Below are positions 35,701-46,600 of a stretch of DNA of 64,000 bases, piece by piece. The stretch is from contig NC_047024.1 in the NCBI RefSeq assembly GCF_902652985.1, forward strand, positions 31,124,001-31,188,000. Direction: 5' to 3'. This DNA comes from Pecten maximus. Its lineage: Eukaryota. A program made the translations under genes and the position numbers. Position 1 is the first letter of the stretch, and each line of letters starts with the position of its first letter. The notes under the pieces were generated by a model. It had not been told where the DNA came from and searched no databases. It was given only the letters and a program-made list of their open reading frames with translations.

Positions 35701-36888
35701 TAAAGAATTCAAAGATTTTTTTCATAAATTTAAGACAACTAGGCCAGGCACTCTTTTCCATTTTATAACTTGGTAGCCAAATAGGCCACCTGGTAAAAAT
35801 ATTCACTTTGAGCCCTGATATGCTGAATTGGGTATGTAATTAATTGCCAAAATCACTTTAAACGTAATCTTTTCAATCGGTTAGTGGTCGTGGGTTTCCC
35901 GGACCCGAGGATATATGAACCCCTTTGTACATTATACATATAATACCTATTATTCATAATGCAAGTACTATAATATCAGGTAAAAAATACACCCTATACC
36001 TAATGTTAATTGACCGTCATATATATATAAACATGTAAAGAAAGACTAGCCAAGTACTAATACTTCCGTCACATCTTGTCAATTCTTCAGAAGTTCAGAC
36101 TATATATACAACCCCCCTTAAGATTTTTTCACCTTATTTGAGTTAGCACTTCTTTTTTTATACATTTTTAATTAATATTTTTAAACGAAACAATATATTC
36201 ACATGCTTCTGGAGGCATGTTATTATTTTAAAAAGACATTTGCTCATTAGCAGGGACCTATATATAACTATCTATAAACAATACCGTGAATCATACATTC
36301 CATTTGATAGGTAAGTCATATTACCGGAAGTGAAATTAAAAGAAAACAGTTTGTATACATAATCATACAAACAACCATTTCACCAGATTCAAATTTAAAT
36401 AAAACATACAATTTTCAAAATATCAATTAAATATTATCGGATGACACGTAAAAGGGCAACGGTTGAAGATAGATTGTTTATATGCCACACCTGAGCGTTA
36501 CGCACCTGTACAAGGGAGGTAATTATAGTGTACGCGACCAACATTATAATACTGTTTTCATAGTTTGAACTGTGTTTTCGAGACAATCTATTTTCTCTCA
36601 TATCTTTCTTTTTCATAATTATTACTTACACAACGACAAACCGGCCATAAACACCACCGCGACACACCAAACGTTCGCCTTAGCCGACATTTTTGATTTG
36701 TATTCCCTCTATACCTGTGATTTACACGCCGTCTACCGGTATATAACAGTAAACTACTAAACTAATTATAAGAGCAGACAACTCTGTATAGCAATAGGCG
36801 GCGTTGATGTTATTTATTGTGTCGACTCACCACTGCCAAAAATGACCAAAACTACAGGTATGCACAAATTCCAACCAGTATATGACAT
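32713..36888 (-). CDS. Ly6/uPAR (three-finger) family GPI-anchored protein A, quiver/sleepless-like, 144 aa
   Basis: Exons 36888-36831, 35236-35057, 32909-32713, both introns phase 1 GT-AG. MSYTGWNLCIPVVLVIFGSGACLECYDCAAKDDPICLDPF...ECGEKDTHCIKFK...SRMCVRRDGYSNGCVAIESDGGFLFKCLCDTDFCNGAVTAIPNMVVLVLTVLVTLWVTKR. Signal peptide, 10-Cys LU pattern ending CxCxxDxCN, hydrophobic GPI-type tail. Confidence 0.9.
33288..34975. repeat. 42-bp minisatellite (about 27 homogeneous copies, 33288-34427) with degenerate flanking copies and a 57-bp derivative, in intron 2 of Ly6 gene A
   Basis: Unit TAGGGAAACACTGTCAGCCACGGTCATATGAGGATGGGTGTC. Related degenerate copies continue to about 34975, with a 57-bp variant at about 34680-34920. 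Confidence 0.95.
35488..35817. mobile_element. Possible small hAT-like MITE
   Basis: Imperfect TIRs CAGCCCTCA...TGAGCCCTG with ATATG on both flanks. Confidence 0.3.
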
Positions 36889-37317
36889 AAATGGTCTATT
36901 AACGCCTATAAAATTAAGACTTAACCTTAAAACTTTAAGGAAATCTCGTCTCATCATCACTAAAACTGAGGTTTGTGTTGTATTTTGTCGGCCTAAACAG
37001 CCCGAAACATTCTCCCAAACATAGTTTCCTGCGGTCGTTCTCAACATATTACTACGATTTTTGACATACAACTGAATCACCGATGATACTCTACAACGCA
37101 ACACGAGAAAAAATATACACTTAAAATAAATAAACAAATAGATAAAATGATAATGGAACTGGATACGAATTAAATAACACTATAATAATATATACAATGT
37201 ATGTAATGGTCATAATAAAATGCATCTGTACTAATAATGGATATCCAATAAGGGAATAACAAGTAAGTAATAACACTCCGGGGATTCCTTCCGTCACAAA
37301 ATATCGCCCGATAATTA

Positions 37318-38247
37318 AATTAAAATCTAGATGGTCATTCTCACTATGTTACATGAACATCTAACAACATCCCATAAGGGGTCACGTCAGGGTGACCTTT
37401 TGGATTAGCCAATCAAATGACTACTTCCAGAATCTTCAGCATAGGTTGCATCATCTGTCAATTTGTTTTAAGTCATTTCGTCCTACATAGCATGTAGCTA
37501 TACACAGGATGTGCCGAAATGGTTTGCTTCAGATGCATGCTATGACGAAATGGTTTGCTTTAATTTCATCGACAAATAGACAATTCGCCCTGAAAGTGAC
37601 ATACACATATATCTCAAAGGTCATCAGTATGGGTCGCCGTTTTACTATTTATTCCCATTTGGTGATATCACCTATTCAATTAGTGATATCACCAATTCGA
37701 AAAGGTGATATCACCAATTCATTTTTCAAATAGGTGATATCACCCATTCGAATAGGTGATATCACTTAATGAAACGAATAGGTGATATCACTTATTCGAA
37801 TAGGTGATATCACTCATTCGAATAGGTGATATCACCAATTCGAATATGTGATATCACTTATAAAATTCTTAAGTGATATCACCTATTCGAATGAGTGATA
37901 TCACCTATACGAATAGGTGATATCACTTATGGAATTGTATAAGTGATATCACCTATTCGAATGAGTGATATCACATATTCGAATTGGTGATATCACCTAT
38001 TCGTTTCATTAAGTGATATCACCTATTCGAATGAGTGATATCACCTATTCGAATGGGTGATATCACTTAATGAAACGAATAGGTGATATCACTTATTCGA
38101 ATAGGTGATATCACCCATTCGAATAGGTGATATCACCAAATGGGAATAAATAGTAAAACGGCGCCCCATACATCAGAACGTGACCCCATATGGGATGTTG
38201 TTAGATGTTCATGTAACGTAGTGAGAATGAGCATCTTGATTTTAATT
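37318..38247. mobile_element. MITE with about 70-bp TIRs, host of a nested element
   Basis: AATTAAAATCTAGATGGTCATTCTCACTATGTTACATGAACATCTAACAACATCCCATAAGGGGTCACGT at the left is matched (about 4 mismatches) by its reverse complement at 38178-38247. Confidence 0.8.
37628..38170. mobile_element. Non-autonomous TIR element with TATGG...CCATA termini and 6-bp TSD (IS3EU-like), internally a palindromic tandem array
   Basis: About 45-bp TIRs TATGGG(T/G)CGCCGTTTTACTATTTATTCCCATTTGGTGATATCACC. TSD CATCAG at 37622-37627 and 38171-38176. Interior is about 20 copies of a 22-31-bp unit centred on GTGATATCAC. Confidence 0.8.
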
Positions 38248-38349
38248 AGGTTGCCCGAATTAATTCCTCCAAATCATGGCCTTTATGGGCAGGTGTTATT
38301 TTTTTTTATATACAGACAACATTTATGTCAGATGTTTGGTACATCAAGG

Positions 38350-39065
38350 CGACCTTTGTAGACAGATGTTTGTAATATATAGACGGCCTTTATATAGACA
38401 GGTATTCTAATACACATACGGCCTTTACAGACAGGTGTTTGAATATACAGATGACCTCTCTAGACAGGTGTTTGTAATATACCGATGACCTCTATAGACA
38501 GGTGTTTGTAATATAGAGATGGCCTCTATAGACAGGTGTTTGTAATATACAGACGGCCTTTATAGTCAGGTATTTGTATATACATACGGTTTTTATAGAC
38601 AGATATTTGTATTTACAGACGGCCTTTAAAGACAGGTATTTGTATATACAGGCGGCCTTTATAGACAGGTATTTGTATATACAGACGACCTTTATAGACA
38701 GATGTTTGTTATATAGACGACCTTTATAGAAAGGTGCTAATTTATTTATATAGACGACCTTTATACGCAGGTGTTGTATATGCAGATGACTTTTATAGAC
38801 AGATGTTTTGTTATATATAGACGGTCTATATAGACAGGTGCGTGTATATACAGACGACCTTTAGAGACAAGTGTTTGTATACAGACGACCTATATAGACA
38901 GGTGTTTGTATATACAGACGACCTTTATCGTGTTTGTTATGTGGAGACGATGTCAATTGACAGTAGTTTTTACAAACATGTAGACAGACAGGTGTTTACA
39001 TATACAGGTGACCTTAATAGACAGGTGTTTGTTAAATGCAGGTAATCGTTATAGACAGGTTCTAT
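38350..39065. repeat. Degenerate ~31-33-bp minisatellite
   Basis: Recurring ATACAGACGACCTTTATAGACAGGTGTTTGTA-like units. Confidence 0.85.
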
Positions 39066-39664
39066 ATACAGCGCAAATTCATCTGTTCTATTAATTATTT
39101 GGTTCCTCGATGAATTTGTGACCAAATTTAGGAAGTAAATATTATCAACGTCAACATCCGTAATTTTTGTCGATTTCAATGATTTTAATCCAACGAAGCT
39201 CATTGACTTCAAAATGAAAATATCATGTAACGACCTTGAACACATTTTTTTTGTAGATTTAGCAAACGATCATTACAAGAGACTTGTCACAACATCATAA
39301 CAACAACTGATGACGTTTATGCTATATTGTATGTTTTAAGTTCGACAGCACATTCTGTAACATATAATAGCATTGACAAACCCTGATATGAAAACAGTAT
39401 GTATCTCAATCCCAACTTTCAAAAGGCGAAATCATTTCAGCAAAATTGTATTGAAAATCATCTGAAAATGATACGTCACAGATTGACGACTGCAGAAAAA
39501 GGACTCACCTGTGTTAGTTACCTCCCTTCAGCTGTCACGTCGGAATGTTCATATGAGGTTGGCTCCCTTGGTACACTTGACGGAACACATTAATTTCCTA
39601 TGGCACGTGTTTATAATTTTACAAAACAACGTTATGTAACATATCCCTTGTCAGGTTTTTACAT

Positions 39665-40277
39665 ATTTAAGGTCATCACATTTCGATAGTCATCACACAT
39701 CCAAGGAAAACACATACTAGCATCCAAGGTCACGATATATCCAATGTCACGATGTATCCAAGGTCAAGGTCACGATTAACCCGAGTTTTCTCTGGCCCTG
39801 TCACCATGTCTGGTGTAGGGCCCCTACACCAGACATGGTGACAGGGCCAGAAAAAAACTCGGGCTTGGTCACGATATATCTAAGGTCACGATATATCCAA
39901 GGTCATGATATATCCAAGGTCATAACACATCTATGGGTCTTGCATCATCCATGGTCTCTTTACGTTTAAGGAAATAACATATCAAAGGTCACCACATATC
40001 AGAGACATCCATAAACAGGTCCTTTTAAGTCTAAGGAAAAATGTATCCAAGGTCAATCAAGGTCATATCAAAGGTTAATTTTGTTTATCATGCGTGTCAA
40101 TTCTCATATCACATCCAATGTTGCAAATCATCCGATATATCCGATATAGTCTCACATAAATAGTCATCCTTCATCCAAGGTCATCACATCCAAGGTCATC
40201 ACATCTAAGGTCATCACATCCAAGGTTATCACATATCCAAGGTCATTACATATCCAAGGTCATAACATAGCCAAGGT
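39665..40277. repeat. Degenerate 17-19-bp minisatellite
   Basis: Recurring ATCCAAGGTCA(TCA/CGA)(C/T)AT units. Confidence 0.75.
39777..39866. mobile_element. 90-bp fold-back MITE with apparent 9-bp TSD
   Basis: CCCGAGTTTTCTCTGGCCCTGTCACCATGTCTGGTGTAGGG...CCCTACACCAGACATGGTGACAGGGCCAGAAAAAAACTCGGG palindrome. GGTCACGAT on both flanks. Related copy at 62833-62895. Confidence 0.75.
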
Positions 40278-40633
40278 TTGACGATGGTCGTGTGATGCAT
40301 ATATGGACTGAGAAACATAACACTACGTTTATAGGCAGTGCGTTACAATACACATTGAAGCATAGGAAAATATAGAAAAAAAAATTACTGTTCATTTAAA
40401 AGTCTTCTGAAATAAATTCAAACAACATATTACCTTTGAACTTTTTTCCCCATATTATTTTTAACGTGGATTGTTTATAGAAAGTGACTGAATCAAAGTA
40501 CCACTCCCCCACAAAATCTCAATTCGGCCCCAGGTAGAAATCACTTAAAATTGTAAAATATATTCAAATAAATGCATGTTCGATATCCCCATTAAGTCAA
40601 AATGTGTGTATTTTATCTTCAAAGAAAAACAAG

Positions 40634-43600
40634 TCAATCGTAATTTGGAAACACATTAAAAGCGATGTAAGCGCCTAGAGCCAGTAAGAGCACGAGACGT
40701 GTTCGATCCTCCCTTGTCGACTTGGCCCCGTTGCAGTAGTCAGTGTAACAGAAACACTGTTTGACGTATCCAGAGTCGGCGGTCGTAGCGTAACAGCCCT
40801 CCGGTTTTTGGTGCTGGCCAAAATGAGTACAATATCGGGATATCGCCGTCGTATCTGAAATACAAATAAGGGAGGTAATTCGTCCAGACATACACAGTTA
40901 CATGTCAATCGCAACATCTCGGGGAAATTTCCGGCAACACTCGGAAATCTACTCGGAGTAGATTTCCGAGTGTTGCCGGAAATTTCCCCGAGATGTTGCG
41001 ATTGAGTTACATGTAATCACAAGGGGTAGGCGCGGACCTACGTCACAAAAAATAATTGTCAGATAAAAAGTCCCACGACTGCATACTCGGGAAAGGCTAT
41101 TTTTTTTGTCTGAGAATTATTTTTTTGTGACGTATGTCCGCGCCTACCCCCTATGCATTAAATGTATTAACACATGGTTTCGTAATCGTCTATTGTAGAT
41201 ATTTTTGCTTAAACATTTCCGATTGCAAGTACACATCACATGTTGGCTAGTCTTCAAAAACTTGAGCAGAGTGGGTTCATGTTTGACATGATTTCCGATC
41301 AGATATGCTAACAATAGACACCAAGACCTTTGTAAGGGTTCAGCGCTACACACCCTAAAATGACCAACGATGACATTATCTAAAATAAACTATTAGTACT
41401 GTTGTTGATACAAAAAACGACATATCAAGTGAGGAAACACCCAGTCTTTAATTTCTGTCCATTCCCATGGCACTTCTGTGGAGCAACCAACACACAGAAA
41501 ATGGCGAGAACACACCAGGAAAGGGCACCCAGCTTCATATACGACACACAGAAAGAAAAACGAAACTTTACTAGCCTGTTAAAATTTACCATCACTCAGA
41601 ATTAGGAGACTCAGAAATTTTGCAATAGAAGTCTTCAAAATCACAAACAATAAAAACCAATCTACTTAATGACTTAATCAATATCACAGAAAAAAAGCAT
41701 ACACATTCAGATATCAGGACTCTGCAGGTGTACCACATGTCAGGACAACAAAATATGGCAAGCACTCCCCCCCCCCCCCCCCCCCCCTGGTAAGGCTATC
41801 CCCCTAGGGCTATCCCCCTGGTAGAACTACCCCCCTGGTAGGGCTATCCCCCTGGTAGGACTATCCCCCTGGTAGGGCTATCCCCCTGGTAGGGCTAACC
41901 CCCCCCCCCTGGTAGGGCTATCCCCCTGGTAGGGCTATCCCCCTGGTAGGGCCTACCCCCCCCCCCCCCCTCGTAGACCTACCCCCCTGGTAGGGCTACC
42001 CCCTGGTAGGGCTCCCCCCCCCCCCCGGTAGGGCTCCCCCCCCCCCCTGGTAGGGCTATCCCCCTGGTAGGGCTAACCAACCAACCCCCCTGGTAGGGCA
42101 ACCCACCTGGTAGGGCTATCTCCCTGGTAGGGCTACCCCCTGGTAGGGCTATCCCCCTGGTAGAGCTATCCCCCTGGTAGGGCTATCCCCCTGGCAGGGC
42201 TACCCCCCTGGTAGGGCTATCCTCCTGGTAGGGCTACCCCCCCCCTGGTAGGGCTATCCCCCTGGTAGGGGCTACCCCCCCCCCCCCCCCCTGGTAGGGC
42301 TAATCCCCCCCCCCCCATCTCCCTGGTAGGGCTACCCCCCTGGTAGGGCTATCCCCCTGGCAGGGCTACCCCCCTGGTAGGGCTATCCCCCTGGTAGGGC
42401 TAACCCCCCCCCCCCTGGTAGGGCTATCCCCCTGGTAGGGCTATCCCCCTGGTAGGGCCTACCCCCCCCCCTGGTAGACCTACCCCCCTGGTAGGGCTCC
42501 CCCCCCCCCCGGTAGGGCTCCCCCCCCCTGGTAGGGCTATCCCCCTGGTAGGGCTAACCAACCAACCCCCCTGGTAGGGCAACCCACCTGGTAGGGCTAT
42601 CTCCCTGGTAGGGCTATCCCCCTGGTAGAGCTATCCCCCTGGTAGGGCTATCCCCCTGGCAGGGCTACCCCCCTGGTAGGGCTATCCTCCTGGTAGGGCT
42701 ACCCCCCCCTGGTAGGGCTATCCCCCTGGTAGGGGCTACCCCCCCCCCCTGGTAGGGCTAATCCCCCCCCCCCCATCTCCCTGGTAGGGCTATCCCCCTG
42801 GCAGGGCTACCCCCCTGGTAGGGCTATCCCCCTGGTAGGGCTACCCCCCCCCCCGGTAGGGCTATCCCCCTGGTAGGGCCTACCCCCCCCCCCCCCCTGG
42901 TAGGGCTATCCCCCTTGTAGGGCTTACCCCCTGGTAGGGCTAACCCCCGCCCCCCCTGGTAGGGCAACCCCCCCTGGTAGGGCTATCTCCCTGGTAGGGC
43001 TATCCCCCTGGTAGGGCTATCCCCCTGGCAGGGCTACCCCCCTGGTAGGGCTATCCCCCTGGTAGGGCTTACCCCCCCTGGTAGGGCTACCCACCTGGTA
43101 GGGCTATCTCCCTGGTAGGGCTATCCCCCTGGCAGGGCTACCCCCCTGGTAGGGCTATCCCCCTGGTAGGGCTATCCCCCTGGTAGGGCTTACCCCCCCT
43201 GGTAGGGCTACCCACCTGGTAGGGCTACCCCCCTGGTAGGGCTACCCCCCTGGTAGGGCTATCCCCCTGGTAGGGCTATCCCCCTGGTAGGACTAACCCC
43301 CCCCCCAATCTCCCTGGTAGGGCTATCCCCCTGGTAGGGCCTACCCCCCCCCCCCCATCTCCCTGGTAGGGCTACCCCCCCCCCCCCTGGTAGGGCTATC
43401 CCCCTGGTAGGGCTATCCCCCTGGTAGGGCCTACCCCCCCTGGCAGGGCTACCCCCTAGTAGGGCTATCCCCCTGGTAGGGCTCCCCCCCCTGGTAGGGC
43501 TATCCCCGTGGTAGGGCTAACCCCCCCCCCCCCATCTCCCTGGCAGGGCTACCCCCCTGGTAGGGCTATCCCCCTGGTAGGGCTACCCCCCCCCCCCCCT

Positions 43601-46600
43601 GGTAGGGCTATCCCCCTGGTAGGGCTATCCCCCTGGTAGGGCCCCCCCCTGGTAGGGCTACCCCCCTGGTAGGGCTATCCCCCTGGTGTGGCTATCCCCC
43701 TTGTAGGGCTTACCCCCTGGTAGGGCAACCCCCCTGGTAGGACACCCCCCCCCCCCCCCCCGTGGTAGGGCTATCCCCCTGGTAGGGCTACCCCCCTGGT
43801 AGGGCTATCCCCCTGGTAGGGCTTACCCCCCCTGGTAGGGCTACCCCCCTGGTAGGGCTACCCCCCCCCCGGTAGGGCTACCCCCCCCCCCCCTGGTAGG
43901 GCTATCCCCCCTGGTAGGGCTATCCCCCTGGTAGGGCTATCCCCCCTGGTAGGGCTATCCCCCTGATAGGGCTACCCCCCCCTGGTAGGGCTACCCCCAA
44001 CCCTTAGAAAACTGTGCAACTATTTTTTTAACAGACATATTCTAATACCTTTCAAATCTAAACCATAAAACTCACAATCAGGTTAATACGCTTGTATGTT
44101 TTTTCTATTTTATTTATTTTTTTATTTATTTTTATCTTTTTTGTATCTGTGTATGTCTATTACTGTTTAAGTCGGTTTTAATATTAGAGCTAATGTTGAT
44201 TTGTTATGATATGTACCGACTATAAATAAAGTTTGAATTGAATTGAATTGTTAAGTTATTTTATTTACTCTTTTCTAATGCAATTTGTGTTCCACGCTGA
44301 AATTTTGTCTTAAATTAAACATCTAACATGCAATGAAAACAACTAACGCACATTTAGGAGGTGTTTCGTTTGAGAGGAGACCTACAGGTTGTAAAGGTGA
44401 TCTGAATGAAATGTGTCATCTATGGCAAGTCGTCTTGTACTAAGTATGCGACTAAAGGGAATAACTTCCAAGGGTTGATAACTTCAAGGGAGGTAAGTAT
44501 GCGACCAAAGGGAACATTTTCAAGGGGTGATAATTTCAAGGGAGGTAAGTAGGCGACTAAAAGGAATATTTTTTAAGGGGTGATAACTACAAGGGAGATA
44601 AGTAGTGTACTCACATGTATATCTGTTCCACTGGTTGTGAAGGAAGGCTCTGACGTAAGTTTTGAAGCACGCCGTACAGTTATGCATGACCCGCTCATCA
44701 CCGCCACACAGATGTGTCGTCCCTTGTTTGAAAATGTTACATTGGTAGCAGGATACGGCGTTCACTGACAAAACAAACGAACAAGTCAACACAGAGGGTA
44801 TCTGATCCTAACGAAAAATAAACCAATCCAAGAAAGAACCTAGATACGATGAAACACTAAGTTCAAATATAGCTTTTATCATCACCTTCGATTAAAAATG
44901 TTGCGTATTCACCTGTAATGTATTGTTCCAATAAACTTACATTTATATATTCTCATCTTTTGAGTAAATAAATACAGGTATATAACATTAATATCAACTT
45001 TCAACTTTGTTTAATTATTTAATGATTTAGATTAATAAAGTTGAAAGTTGAAGTTGAGTATACGGATGTTTTATTATTTAATTATTTAGATTAATAAAGT
45101 TGAAAGTTGAAGTTGAGTATACGCACGTGTATTTATTTCTAAGTGGCCCATAATCCGATATTTGTTTACCACATTTCACGAAGGTAAAATTTATCAATGA
45201 GGTATAACAGCGACAGTACAAACAAGATAAGGTATTTTACAGTTTACCTTGAGTGAAATTCATAGAAAACATCTTAAATCTTATAGCGTCATAATGTCGT
45301 GTAAAGAAAGGGAATAAAAACTTGTCAGTTGTGATAACTTTTCCTGCACATTAAACCAGTTATATCAACTTTTGTAGAAAGATTTTTTTTTGTATTTCTA
45401 AACCAAATATGCTAGTCACCTGCAGCTAATCTTGTAAGGATGGGGTAACATGTTCCGCCGGCCTCTCCCGTTACAAGCCGTATCATTAAGGATTATTTCG
45501 TATTTAAATACAACATACAGTTTTTGTCAAATTGAAATAGAAACAGACTATAGAGATAAAGTGTCGTCAATCACCTGTACCTGATCTAGTAAGGAGGGGT
45601 AACATGTCCCGCCAGCCTATCCCACTATAGAACGGATATTCATACCCTGCCCACACTGCTCTCTGACGATGACCATCTGTCAGAAATTGTCCGCCCGTCG
45701 TCCAGAGTTACGTTATCGCATCTAATCCCACTACAGCTCGTAGCATTCGTAGCTAAATAACATGTATATCTATATATATGTCCGTTGAATTAATAGACCT
45801 TTTACATGTGGACGTCTATACTTAAAATCTCTGATGGCCATTTTCAATTAAATCTTGTTATGAGTGTAGACCAGTGCAATGTAATTATCTTAATTTATGC
45901 TCGTCATAGCAAGCTCGTTGTTTATAACTTTTACCACTCTGACATTCAGGTTTGTGTAAAAATATGGTGTAGTGTGTAAATGTCTTGTATGTGCATATCT
46001 TGCTTGCTAATTATTGGCTGGTGATGAGCTCGTCGACGTTAATTATGTAAGGACTGGTCACTGATTGGTCAACGTTAGGGTTAGAGCCCGCGTCCCCCTC
46101 CTCACTCAGCAGCTATCTTTGATCGAATCAGAAGCTCTCAATTTTGTCAGTTTTTAAAACCCACCCACAGCTTACCCTTTATGAGCTTTTTTTGACAACC
46201 ACACTATGTATTAAGTTCTATGATCAGTATAAATAGGCGGTTTTGGTAACCCTACTTAGGAATGCAGATACGTAATATTGGATTTATTTGTGTAATCTTA
46301 ATCAATTATTTTTTTTGTCATGAGAATGTATGTAAGAAATTTTGATGTAGCAATGTGATAGAAACACTGTCGTCAAACACAGCATAAGGTACCTACAGCT
46401 GGTCACATATGTCCCGCCAGCCTCTCCCATTACAGTTCGTATCAACATAAGAATGTCTGCTTTTGCACATGTACCGCTAAATTCAGATATTTAGAAATAC
46501 CGGTTTTTCTTGTTAACTTCTATTATCATTATAAAATAGTGAAAAATACAAATCATAACAAGGAAAATCGACCACAGATCACGTCGTCACGTTCAGCGAT

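Noticed and set aside
36325-36378. Alternative signal-peptide exon for Ly6 gene A (MVVCMIMYTNCFLLISLP)
   Set aside because: Ends in phase 0 whereas exon 2 requires phase 1. The exon at 36888-36831 fits.
37660-38140. Palindromic repeats resembling a CRISPR array
   Set aside because: No unique spacers, no cas genes, eukaryotic context, and enclosed by TIRs and a TSD. It is a transposon interior.
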